From a virus (lineage: Duplodnaviria > Caudoviricetes), in IMG/VR virus record IMGVR_UViG_3300048579_000349, positions 1 through 33,169 of that record: a DNA stretch of 33,169 bases. One strand, given 5' to 3'. The notes below the pieces were generated by a model. That model ran no database searches. It was not told where the DNA came from and saw only the letters and a program-made list of their open reading frames with translations. This document shows, one piece after another, positions 23,717 to 32,914 of this stretch (within the stretch, counting starts at the first letter, position 1; the number at the start of each line of letters is the position of its first letter). The position numbers and the translations under genes were made by a program.

Positions 23717-25506
23717 AATCAGAATATATATTTGAATATGTTGATTTGTTTTGCGGTGCCGGAGGTGCGACTACAGGCATTGAAGATGCACGGAGCCAGG
23801 GCAAAAAGATTGCAAGAGTTATTGCCTGTGTAAATCATGACCCCAATGCCATCAGGTCGCACGCGGCTAATCATAAAAGAGCAATTCACTTTACTGAAGA
23901 TATAAACCTGTTTGATATAAACCGGCTTCCTTCTTTTTCTTTTAATGCACTTCGTGGATTATGGTTCTCTGCTGAATGTACGAATTACAGTAACGCCAAG
24001 GGCGGACAGCCGCGTGATGCAGACAGCCGGACTTTACCTAATTCAATCTTTCGCTATATAGATTTTTACGAACCGGTTCAGCCGCTCGATTATATTCTTG
24101 TCGAAAACGTTAGAGAATTTATGGCTTGGGGTGACCTTGATGAAAACGGAAAACCTGTTAGTATGGATAAAGGCAGACTTTACAATGAGTGGGTAGAAAG
24201 AATAAAAGCTTACGGATTCAATTATGAACCCCGCATACTTGATGCTGCAGACTACGGCGCATATACTTCAAGAAAAAGATTATTTATTTGCTTTGCACGG
24301 CAGGGAATGCCTATCGTTTTCCCGAAACCAACACACAGTAAAACCGGAGGAAACGGATTAAAGAAATGGAAAGCCGTAAGAGATGTTCTTGACCTGCAAG
24401 ATGAAGGCAATAGTATATTTACTCGCAAAATTCCTCTTGTAGAAAAAACTCTCGAAAGAATTTATGCAGGCTTGCAAAAATTTGCAAAACGTGATGACGG
24501 ATTTATTATTAAATATATGGGGAATAATCAGAAGACCGGAATATCAATGCCGAAAAGTATGGATGAACCAAGTAATACAATAACTACTCAGGTCAGATTG
24601 CAAAAAGTTTTTTTATCAAAATACTACTCTTCTGAAAAGCCCGGTTCTATGAACTTGGGAATTGACGGTCCTGCGCACGCGATAAAAACAAAAGATAATC
24701 ATTCAATTATTACTTCTGATTTTTTGTGCAAATATCACGGTACAGGTGAAAATATTTTAGGCACGGAAAATCCCTGTAGTACGCTCAGCACAAAAGACAG
24801 ACTCGCAAAAATACATCCGTGTTTTTTGATGCAATATAATTCCGGTTCAGATAAAAACAGGTGCATTGATATAAACAGACCTTGCAATGCAGTGCCAACG
24901 AATAACAGATTTTCAAAAATAGAACCGGTTTATTTCATAAATGCACAATTCGGGAAGTCTAAAGAAAATAATATTGATTTACCTGCAGGCAGCCTTACAG
25001 CAATTCCGAAATATAATCTTTGTTCCGCCTGGCTGATGGACCCGAGTTTTAACAGTGTCGGTCAGAGTCTTGAGAAACCCGCAGGAACAATCCTTGCCTG
25101 CAGGAAACAGAAATATTTACTGAATCCGCAGTATGAAAACAAAGGCTCTTCGATTGATAAGCCTTGCTTCACACTGATTGCAAAAATGGATAAACGCCCG
25201 CCGTATATTGTCAGTACAGAAACAGGTGAAGCTGTGATAGTTATATATGATACTGATAGTGCGGCAATGAAAAAAATTAAAGAGTTTATGGCTGATAACG
25301 GAATAGTGGATATTAAAATGCGGATGCTGAATATACCCGAGTTAAAACGTATTCAGGGTTTTCCAGAAAAATATATTTTAAAAGGAACACAGACCGACCA
25401 AAAGAAATTTATCGGTAATGCTGTAGTTCCGGTAGTACCAAAGAAGTGGCTTGAGGCTTTATATCAACCGGCAATCGAATCACTAAAATTAAGGAGAGCG
25501 GCATAA
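23713..25506 (+). CDS. DNA cytosine-C5 methyltransferase with a repeat-expanded variable region
   Basis: DLFCGAGG, SAECTNYS, ENV, SRKRLF, RIQGFP and IGNAV motifs. Confidence 0.92.
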   Translation: MKSEYIFEYVDLFCGAGGATTGIEDARSQGKKIARVIACVNHDPNAIRSHAANHKRAIHFTEDINLFDINRLPSFSFNALRGLWFSAECTNYSNAKGGQPRDADSRTLPNSIFRYIDFYEPVQPLDYILVENVREFMAWGDLDENGKPVSMDKGRLYNEWVERIKAYGFNYEPRILDAADYGAYTSRKRLFICFARQGMPIVFPKPTHSKTGGNGLKKWKAVRDVLDLQDEGNSIFTRKIPLVEKTLERIYAGLQKFAKRDDGFIIKYMGNNQKTGISMPKSMDEPSNTITTQVRLQKVFLSKYYSSEKPGSMNLGIDGPAHAIKTKDNHSIITSDFLCKYHGTGENILGTENPCSTLSTKDRLAKIHPCFLMQYNSGSDKNRCIDINRPCNAVPTNNRFSKIEPVYFINAQFGKSKENNIDLPAGSLTAIPKYNLCSAWLMDPSFNSVGQSLEKPAGTILACRKQKYLLNPQYENKGSSIDKPCFTLIAKMDKRPPYIVSTETGEAVIVIYDTDSAAMKKIKEFMADNGIVDIKMRMLNIPELKRIQGFPEKYILKGTQTDQKKFIGNAVVPVVPKKWLEALYQPAIESLKLRRAA

Positions 25507-25706
25507 TGACACTCGGACAATTGCGAGAAGCAACAAAGGGTTATCCTGATGAACTCGAGGTTGAATTTGTACTTTTAAACGGTTCGAATTGTGAGATTAA
25601 ACTCGATTTAAAGTCTGCTTATAAGCATATTGATTTTGATAATGAAAATTACGAAGTCAATAATAAAATAATTTTTGTAACCAAATTAAAGAAAGAAGGA
25701 AAATGA
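25506..25706 (+). CDS. Hypothetical protein
   Basis: Translationally coupled ORF. Confidence 0.6.
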   Translation: MTLGQLREATKGYPDELEVEFVLLNGSNCEIKLDLKSAYKHIDFDNENYEVNNKIIFVTKLKKEGK

Positions 25707-25948
25707 ACGACTTAGAATTTAAAAAACTTGTTGCTGATACTAAAGCTGAAATTGCCGAGAACAAAAGACTGCTTGCTGTTTATGTGACACAGAAAGCCCT
25801 TTGTAATTTTAATGAAAAACTTAAAGAAATGGGAACGTGTTTTCAGGATGCTTGGGAAATTATTAGTAATTTAACTAAGTGGGATAAATTCAGAGTCCGA
25901 TTGGGTTTCAGAATATTTTTAATAAACAGAATATTTCCGGAGGGATAA
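25703..25948 (+). CDS. Hypothetical protein
   Basis: Translationally coupled ORF. Confidence 0.6.
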   Translation: MNDLEFKKLVADTKAEIAENKRLLAVYVTQKALCNFNEKLKEMGTCFQDAWEIISNLTKWDKFRVRLGFRIFLINRIFPEG

Positions 25949-25949
25949 A

Positions 25950-26243
25950 ATGAAAATAAGTACTAAAAGATTTAAACAGGAAATAAGCCATGCTTATAAA
26001 ATCTTGGCAAGTGCATTAGAAGGGTTTGAGCAGATTAATATAAAGGGTGAATGCATAGAAGTATATAAGGTCTTGCAATTACTTCATAAGGTTAATCGGG
26101 TTGCTGTATTTGTAGATAACCCTGAATTGGCATTACACCCAGGTGCGTATAATAGTTTGCGACCTGCCTTTGGTAAAAAAAAATATACCAAAGAAAAATT
26201 GAAATATTTAAGGAAAACATATAAAAACAGAGAGGTATTATGA
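25950..26243 (+). CDS. Hypothetical protein
   Basis: Tightly packed ORF. Confidence 0.6.
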   Translation: MKISTKRFKQEISHAYKILASALEGFEQINIKGECIEVYKVLQLLHKVNRVAVFVDNPELALHPGAYNSLRPAFGKKKYTKEKLKYLRKTYKNREVL

Positions 26244-26569
26244 TTGATACAAATTTCAATTACCTGAAAAGATTTTTTCTTCCGTTTCAGAATAAAGTTG
26301 GCAGATGGGGGGAGCGAACATTTCCCGAATCGACTTTAAAATCTATTCAGGCTCATATGGAAGACGAAGTTAAAGAATTAAAGGATGCTGTTGGTGAATG
26401 GAATGATAATATGGTAATGGAAGAACTTTCGGATATTGTTTTGCTCTGTATTCACGCCGCATATAAAATGGGTAAAAATTTAATTTATTATACAATTAAA
26501 AAATTTGCAATTTGCAAACTCCGCAAATGGGGTGAGCCTGATAGCAGAGGTGTCAGGAGGCATATATGA
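26240..26569 (+). CDS. DUF550/MazG-like dNTP pyrophosphohydrolase
   Basis: WGERTFP, HMEDEVKEL, EELSD and KLRKWGEPD...HI motifs. Confidence 0.8.
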   Translation: MIDTNFNYLKRFFLPFQNKVGRWGERTFPESTLKSIQAHMEDEVKELKDAVGEWNDNMVMEELSDIVLLCIHAAYKMGKNLIYYTIKKFAICKLRKWGEPDSRGVRRHI

Positions 26570-26973
26570 ATCTCTCTTACTCAAAAGAAACAGTTGAAAA
26601 ATACGATTTCAAAATGAAAATTTTGGATGGTCGGAAAAAACACTCACTCCGTTTAGACCCGCACGACAGGTGGAAGGTCGGAATGAAAATAAATCACTGC
26701 ACAGGATTACGTACTCCGCAATATGATTGCTTTAAACTCGACAGAGTGGAATCAATACAGAGTTTATTACTAAATATTAAAGACAACGGAAACGGTTGTT
26801 TCACTGTAATTTTCGTTGTAGATAACAGAAAATTAGAGCCGAAAAGAATATATGAATTTTGCGAAAATGACGGGTTTGATAATGCAGGTGATTTCTGCAG
26901 GTATTTTTTGAAGGATAAGGAAAGAGTTGCTCTGAAATTAAGAATCATTCATTGGACAAATTTAAAATATTAA
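26566..26973 (+). CDS. ASCH/PUA-like protein
   Basis: KILDGRKKHSLR, WKVG, TGLRT and NDGF motifs. Confidence 0.7.
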   Translation: MNLSYSKETVEKYDFKMKILDGRKKHSLRLDPHDRWKVGMKINHCTGLRTPQYDCFKLDRVESIQSLLLNIKDNGNGCFTVIFVVDNRKLEPKRIYEFCENDGFDNAGDFCRYFLKDKERVALKLRIIHWTNLKY

Positions 26974-26976
26974 ACT

Positions 26977-27234
26977 ATGGAAGAAATAATAAAAGAGTTA
27001 CAGCAGCTAAAAGAAAAAGTGGAAAAGGAACACAACGAAAAAAGGTCTGCAATAATAGCAAGATGTAGAATAGGTTGTGGTGCCGAATGTTTAAACTCTA
27101 ACGTTCCTTATGATTTTGATAAATGCGAGAGACATCAGTCACAGATTATCGTTTTAAATAATCGCTTTGCTTTGATTCTCGGTAACCTGGCTGATGCACA
27201 GATTCACGCAGAGTGTCTCCGTAACCACTTTTAA
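26977..27234 (+). CDS. Hypothetical protein
   Basis: Last ORF before the late-promoter gap. Confidence 0.6.
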   Translation: MEEIIKELQQLKEKVEKEHNEKRSAIIARCRIGCGAECLNSNVPYDFDKCERHQSQIIVLNNRFALILGNLADAQIHAECLRNHF

Positions 27235-27288
27235 AATTAACCATTGTAAAAAGAAAGTAACATCTTAAATTCTGAAATCATAATTTTG
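27234..27288 (+). promoter_or_regulatory. Putative activator-dependent late promoter for the packaging arm
   Basis: 43/55 identity to 14010-13956; TAATTTTG element; no TTGACA. Confidence 0.7.
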
Positions 27289-27289
27289 T

Positions 27290-27532
27290 ATGGACAATAA
27301 AATTATTAAGATAATTGAACAGGCAACAGAGCTCGGAATTACAGACCCGCTAAAAATTCGCAATTTGAAAATTTATGAGAAATTCCGACACTACAGAGAT
27401 GTAGATAAAATGAAATACGAAGAGGCTGTCAGAAAGTTATCCGAAGAGTTTTTTCTTAGTTATCCAAGAATTGAAAATATTATTATAATTGGAAAAACAA
27501 AAAACAATAAAAGCATTAAAGCCGGAAGTTAA
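27290..27532 (+). CDS. Mor/C-like transcription activator
   Basis: IRNLKIYEKF...KLSEEFFLSYPRIENII HTH; sits at the early/late boundary. Confidence 0.65.
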   Translation: MDNKIIKIIEQATELGITDPLKIRNLKIYEKFRHYRDVDKMKYEEAVRKLSEEFFLSYPRIENIIIIGKTKNNKSIKAGS

Positions 27533-28007
27533 GAAAATGTATCTTGACGGAAAATCCGTTAATGATATTCGTTCACTGATTAAAGGCATTCCTGTGTCCA
27601 CGCTGTACGGGTGGATAAAAAAAGAAAAATGGGACGAGATAAGGGACAAGAAGCTCAAACAATATACACAGAGCGCCGATATACTAATGAATATGCTCGA
27701 TAAATTAATTAATCAGATTCCAGTCTTAATCGAATCACAGGATATTCCGATTAACGAAAGAGTCAGGGCAATTGCACAAATGTCTGATTCTATTCAGAAA
27801 ATTGTCAAATCCATAAAAACGATTTCTAAAGATAACGATAGGCTTTCTTCGATAATATTTACAGTTGGTGAGATGGTCAATCTTTTAAACAAAAAAGAAT
27901 CAAGGCTTGTATATGATGAAGAGTTCAGAGTAAAGCTTGATAAATTTCTTGGAGAGTTTCAAACTTACGCGGTCGAAAAATATTCACCGAAAAATATTAA
28001 TAAATAA
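27489..28007 (+). CDS. terS: Terminase small subunit (DUF1804-like HTH)
   Basis: KMYLDGKS...STLYGWIKKEKWD; upstream of TerL. Confidence 0.75.
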   Translation: MEKQKTIKALKPEVKKMYLDGKSVNDIRSLIKGIPVSTLYGWIKKEKWDEIRDKKLKQYTQSADILMNMLDKLINQIPVLIESQDIPINERVRAIAQMSDSIQKIVKSIKTISKDNDRLSSIIFTVGEMVNLLNKKESRLVYDEEFRVKLDKFLGEFQTYAVEKYSPKNINK

Positions 28008-28009
28008 TT

Positions 28010-28228
28010 ATGCCAACTGATACCGGAACCGAAGTATTTAATTGTCTATGCGGAAAGCTATTAATATTGAGTGAACCTATGGCTACGCACTGCCCGAACT
28101 GTGGAAGAAGTTACTGGCGGTATTTTGATGAGAAAGGAACTTATGCAAGGCTCGTCTGGCATCCGGACGAAAAGATATTGGACAAAGAGTACGATAAAAA
28201 AATAAAAGTTACATCTGATGTTAAATGA
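28010..28228 (+). CDS. Zinc-ribbon protein, Mu Com-like
   Basis: CLCGKLL...CPNCG motifs. Confidence 0.5.
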   Translation: MPTDTGTEVFNCLCGKLLILSEPMATHCPNCGRSYWRYFDEKGTYARLVWHPDEKILDKEYDKKIKVTSDVK

Positions 28229-29771
28229 ACGTGATTTTCATAAAGAGTATGAGGAACTGAGAGACCGAATCCGTAACTCTGTCAGCGGGTTTAATGAAGA
28301 CTCCATAGAGGATAAACAGGAAAGGCTCCAGCGTGCTGAGCATGATAAAATTTATTTTGCACAGACTTATTTTCCGCATTATTGCCCTGAAGCTTTTGCT
28401 CCTGTCCACGCCAAACTTTTTGCCATTGCGGACATATATAACACTCCAAATGTAATTTATGGCTCACGTGAACTTGCCAAGTCAACCATACTCTCCTTTT
28501 TTGACGAGATGCACAAAACTCTTTTTAAAAAAAATCGATTTACAATATTTATTGCAGATACAAAAGAGACTGCAATGTCGGAATATTTATTTCCGATAAA
28601 AGCTGAACTTGAGGCAAACGAAAGAATATTAAATGACTTCGGAGATTTAAAAAGTTCGTACTGGGGTCTTGATGATTTTATTTTAAAAACAGGTAAGCGT
28701 TTTCTTTCTTCCGGTCCTCAATCCGGAGTAAAAGGTAAAAGAACCGGAGGGTCAAGATTTGATAGGGTATTTATAGAAGACTTTGAAAATCAAAACTCAC
28801 CGAAAAAGCGAAGTATCATAAGCAGAAGAATAAAGTTTATTGTCCGTGATGTAATGAAAGGATTTAATTCAAAGAAGTGGCAGTTGTTTTATGTCGGGAA
28901 TTACTTCAGTAAAAAAACAATTATGCATCAGTTTTTAACTTCGGAAGAGTTTAAGCACTGGAATAGATACGGATTCCCTGCATTGATACCTAAGAAGCAC
29001 CCGCTTGCAAATAAAAACTATTTTAAAAAGGTTGATATAAAGCCCGAGCTAATTGTTGGTGATGACGGATGCGACCTTGTAAGTATATGGGAAGAAAGAC
29101 TTCCTTATAAAATGCTTTTAAAGGAAAAAGAGGAAGACCCGGCAACATTCCGCAGCGAACGTATGCAGAAGCCCGATGATGAAGATGGCACATTCAACGA
29201 TGAGTGGTTTAAATATTTTGACATCGAAGAAATAGAAAAAGCAGGTTTTCCGGTTGTCACATTTCAAGATCCTTCAGTTGGAAAAGGTGAAGAGCATTGC
29301 TTTAAAGCAATCATTGCACTTGCGGTAAACAAAGAAGCAGGTCTATACTATGTAGTTGATGCCTGTATTTGGAAAAATTCAAAATGGAACACACTCATAA
29401 AGCACTGGCAGATGTCTGAGTTGTGGAATAGTTTTATTGATGGTATCGAAGGGAACGGATTTCAAGGTTCGTTAAGAGAAGATTGGGAAATCATTGAGCA
29501 GGAAAAAGGGCAAAGAAAAAATTTAAAATTAATATTCGCAAATACAAACAAGGAGGTTAGAATAAGTTCTTTAAGTTCACCGATTGAAAGAGGCTATATT
29601 TTATTCAGGAGAAATCACGCAGGAGTCAGGCTATTAATAGAACAGCTTCTTGACTTTCCTGATGGTGATAAAGACGGTCCCGATGCGCTCGAGGGTGCAA
29701 AGAGTATAGCAGACAGATTTATTCATAAAAAGAAAAGCCAAGTAAAGGGCAGAGTCCTTACAGGCGCATAG
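28218..29771 (+). CDS. terL: Terminase large subunit
   Basis: Walker A SRELAKST, Walker B VFIEDFE, nuclease motifs DPS and DGPDALEG. Confidence 0.92.
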   Translation: MLNERDFHKEYEELRDRIRNSVSGFNEDSIEDKQERLQRAEHDKIYFAQTYFPHYCPEAFAPVHAKLFAIADIYNTPNVIYGSRELAKSTILSFFDEMHKTLFKKNRFTIFIADTKETAMSEYLFPIKAELEANERILNDFGDLKSSYWGLDDFILKTGKRFLSSGPQSGVKGKRTGGSRFDRVFIEDFENQNSPKKRSIISRRIKFIVRDVMKGFNSKKWQLFYVGNYFSKKTIMHQFLTSEEFKHWNRYGFPALIPKKHPLANKNYFKKVDIKPELIVGDDGCDLVSIWEERLPYKMLLKEKEEDPATFRSERMQKPDDEDGTFNDEWFKYFDIEEIEKAGFPVVTFQDPSVGKGEEHCFKAIIALAVNKEAGLYYVVDACIWKNSKWNTLIKHWQMSELWNSFIDGIEGNGFQGSLREDWEIIEQEKGQRKNLKLIFANTNKEVRISSLSSPIERGYILFRRNHAGVRLLIEQLLDFPDGDKDGPDALEGAKSIADRFIHKKKSQVKGRVLTGA

Positions 29772-29779
29772 GAGAAAAC

Positions 29780-30559
29780 ATGAAAACACCAATCAGTTAC
29801 TATGGAGGAAAGCAAATGTTAGCAACAAAAATTTTAAAGTTGCTACCCGAGCATAAACTTTATTGTGAGCCGTTCATCGGTGGCGGTGCAATATTCTTTG
29901 CAAAAGAACCTTCTGCAGTCGAAGTGATAAACGACATCGACGGCAGAGTTGTAACCTTTTTTAAAACCTGTAAATCAAACTTCGAAGCATTGAAAATGCT
30001 TATACTGCAGACTCCGCACAGCAGAGAAGTACACAGGGAAGCTGATTACGTTTTAAAAAATCAGTATTTATTTTCAGATTTAAAAATTGCATGGGCTTTT
30101 TGGGTTCAGACAAATATGTCTTTTGGTTGCAGTATCGGTGCAGGCTTTGGTTACGGCAAAAAGAAATCCTCATCCGAAAAGAAAACAATGAATAAAAGAA
30201 ATTCATTCACAGAGGAATATTCCAAGCGTTTAGAGTGTGTTCAAATCGAGCAGAATGATGCAATAAGAGTTATTGAAAGCAGGGATACTGCTGATACATT
30301 ATTTTATCTTGACCCGCCATATTACAATTCGGATATGGGGCATTATTCATTTTACACCGAAAAAGATTATATGAATTTACTTGAAACTATATCGGAAATA
30401 AAAGGTAAGTTTCTGATGTCTTCCTATCCATCCGAGCACCTGGATAAGTTCAAAAAGAAAAACAAATGGGATACGATTAATATTGAAATGACAACCCCGA
30501 TGTCTTCCACAGGTAAGAAGAAAATCGAAGTATTAACGGCAAATTATAATTTGAATTAA
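29780..30559 (+). CDS. D12-class (Dam-like) N6-adenine DNA methyltransferase
   Basis: YYGGK, EPFIGGG, IND and DPPY motifs. Confidence 0.93.
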   Translation: MKTPISYYGGKQMLATKILKLLPEHKLYCEPFIGGGAIFFAKEPSAVEVINDIDGRVVTFFKTCKSNFEALKMLILQTPHSREVHREADYVLKNQYLFSDLKIAWAFWVQTNMSFGCSIGAGFGYGKKKSSSEKKTMNKRNSFTEEYSKRLECVQIEQNDAIRVIESRDTADTLFYLDPPYYNSDMGHYSFYTEKDYMNLLETISEIKGKFLMSSYPSEHLDKFKKKNKWDTINIEMTTPMSSTGKKKIEVLTANYNLN

Positions 30560-30560
30560 A

Positions 30561-31961
30561 ATGAAAAAGTATCATAAAAGAAAATTCGGTGAAGAGACTT
30601 CATTCCCTGTTAAAAAAACGGGACCGGGAAAAGTTTTTGTTAAAGCGATTACTATTGCTTTAACTGCTGCACCTGCAGAGGATACTTCTGTTAGAATAAA
30701 ACGTAACAGAATCAGTAAGAGTTCTTCACAGATTATTGAAGATAATTATGCTGTTAATTTTCAACCGCCGTATATAAGCAGGGAGTTTGCAAGGCTGAGT
30801 TTCGAGCAGAACTCATATCATATGCGGTGCATAAATTTTAAAGCTGCTTGCATAGTCGGTGCAGGTTGGGATATATTTCCTGTTGATGGAAAAAAGAAGG
30901 AATATGTTAATGACCCTGAATATAAAAAACTTTATGATAAACTCTCTAATGATATTAACGAAACCGGAGAGTCATTTGATGAAGTTATTTTTGCCGGTGA
31001 AGTTGACAGGGAAACTTTCGGAGATTCATATTACGAAGCAGTATCAGATAATAAAAAGGAACTTGCAGAGCTTTATAATTTCCCTGCATACAAAGCAAGA
31101 GTAAAATTCGATAACAGATATAAAAAATTTACGGATGCAATTTCAGTTCTCCAATTATTAAGTAATGGCACTGCTAAAGAATTCAAACTTGTCGGTTCGG
31201 AAAACCCGTCAAAACTCGGGGAAATTTTATGGCACAAAAACAGTAACCCGTTTAATAAATTTTATGGCTCAGCCGGTTGGTATTCTTCCACTCCGAAACT
31301 TGCATTATCACGTTCGATTGATGAATTTAATATCAGGCGTTTCACCAATGATTTATTTATCAGCTTTGCAATTGTAGTGGAAGGTGGAGAATTATCAAGC
31401 GATACGATAGAATCCATTCAAAAATATTTATCCGCAAATTATAAAGGTGTAGAAAATGCTAATAAAGCATTACTGCTGAATTCCGATGACCCGAATATAA
31501 AAATCAGAATAGAGCCTATCGGCGGAGAGGTGAAGGAAGCCAGCTTTGGGGTTGCAGAAAGAAACTGTAATGATGCTGTTATTATTGCGCACGGAGTTCC
31601 ACCGTCACTTCTCGGAATAAGTTCACCCGGTAAACTCGGTTCTACTTCAGAAAATTATGATTTATTTAAAGTGTTCAACTCTACGATAGTTATACCCGCT
31701 AAAGAAAAATTGCAGAGAAAATTAAACAGCTTATTCAAACAGAAGCTCGGAATAATAAATTACTATCTAAAGTTCCGTGATTTGAAATTTGAAAAGTTGA
31801 TTGATATTGCAAACTTCGCAATTAATACTACGCAGTCAGGACTGCTTGAACAAAACGAAGGTCGCGCAGTACTTGGATATGAACCAATAATTGAGCAGGT
31901 GAACGCAGTAACAAAAAGAGTAAAATTAATAAAAGCAATGATTGAAGCACAGGATGTGTAA
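30561..31961 (+). CDS. Portal protein (PBSX/HK97-related)
   Basis: FGDSYYE, FYG, YKGVENANK and AHGVPPSLLG motifs. Confidence 0.9.
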   Translation: MKKYHKRKFGEETSFPVKKTGPGKVFVKAITIALTAAPAEDTSVRIKRNRISKSSSQIIEDNYAVNFQPPYISREFARLSFEQNSYHMRCINFKAACIVGAGWDIFPVDGKKKEYVNDPEYKKLYDKLSNDINETGESFDEVIFAGEVDRETFGDSYYEAVSDNKKELAELYNFPAYKARVKFDNRYKKFTDAISVLQLLSNGTAKEFKLVGSENPSKLGEILWHKNSNPFNKFYGSAGWYSSTPKLALSRSIDEFNIRRFTNDLFISFAIVVEGGELSSDTIESIQKYLSANYKGVENANKALLLNSDDPNIKIRIEPIGGEVKEASFGVAERNCNDAVIIAHGVPPSLLGISSPGKLGSTSENYDLFKVFNSTIVIPAKEKLQRKLNSLFKQKLGIINYYLKFRDLKFEKLIDIANFAINTTQSGLLEQNEGRAVLGYEPIIEQVNAVTKRVKLIKAMIEAQDV

Positions 31962-32877
31962 CGAAGCTGATAAATATTATTTAAGTGTTAAATTAAATCA
32001 ACTCGAAAAAGAGTTGACGGATTTGAATGCCACTGTCATTGAAAAGGATTCTATTGCTTATAATAAAATTTTAAAACAGCTTACCGATGTTCTTGTAAAT
32101 ACGTGGACTGAATCTGCTAAGACTGCAGTTAAAGAAGCTATACAATATGTTACTGATAAAGGAGAAACCAATTTTAACGAAACGGATATAAAAGAAATCG
32201 ATACAATTTTTAAAAATTATTTCGGTGTTGACCTTGCTGGTGCAGTTGAATCTTCTGTAATGGATTTGAATCAGAAAGCTATTAAACTCGGTTTAAAAGA
32301 TGTTTCAACGTCGCTTAAAATGAAGTTAAGCTTCGGTGTCGCTGATGAAGAGGCTGCCGCAATACTCGGTAAGCATAACCTGTTTTATGTTGGCAACTAC
32401 TATGGTGACCAAGTATCGGGTGATATTGATAAAATCATTCGTGAATATTTCACCGGAAGTAAAACAATAGAAGAGGTAACAACAGACCTTCAATCGAAGT
32501 TCGGTAAAATTACCGATAAAGGTATTAATTACTTCGAAGGACTGGCAGAGCATACCGTTAACAGGACCCGGGAAATCGGGCATATAAATGGCTATGAGAA
32601 AGCCGGAGTTACAAAATATGAAATTAAAGCCATACTGGATGACAGGACATCGGAAATTTGTATTGAAATGAATGGAAAGGTCTATGAAGTGGCACAGGCG
32701 GCAACCCTGCGAGATTCGATACTTGGTTTAGATGACCCTCGGAATATAAAAGATGTGGCACCGTGGCGCACCCCTGGCGAAATTTCGGGTAAATCTGTGG
32801 CTGATTTACCAGCCGGTATGGAATTTCCACCGTACCATTTTAGATGCAGAACTACAACGATAGCTTATTTTGAGTAA
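31954..32877 (+). CDS. Head morphogenesis protein (SPP1 gp7 / Mu gpF family)
   Basis: DDRTSEIC..MNGK and PPYHFRCRT motifs; follows the portal. Confidence 0.9.
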   Translation: MCNEADKYYLSVKLNQLEKELTDLNATVIEKDSIAYNKILKQLTDVLVNTWTESAKTAVKEAIQYVTDKGETNFNETDIKEIDTIFKNYFGVDLAGAVESSVMDLNQKAIKLGLKDVSTSLKMKLSFGVADEEAAAILGKHNLFYVGNYYGDQVSGDIDKIIREYFTGSKTIEEVTTDLQSKFGKITDKGINYFEGLAEHTVNRTREIGHINGYEKAGVTKYEIKAILDDRTSEICIEMNGKVYEVAQAATLRDSILGLDDPRNIKDVAPWRTPGEISGKSVADLPAGMEFPPYHFRCRTTTIAYFE

Positions 32878-32914
32878 AAAATTAACAATATTTTTATTAA
32901 ATTAAATAAAAAGT

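Noticed and set aside
26240-26569. Z-genome (2-aminoadenine) pathway suggested by DUF550
   Set aside because: No PurZ or dedicated replicative polymerase is in the window, and the phage relies on transposition and host replication.
15951-32830. Minus-strand and alternate-frame ORFs of 60-100 aa in the right arm
   Set aside because: They lie within recognisable plus-strand genes and show no motifs or RBS support.
749-32877. Stop-codon reassignment
   Set aside because: Core genes are full length in the standard code, and TAA, TAG and TGA all terminate genes.
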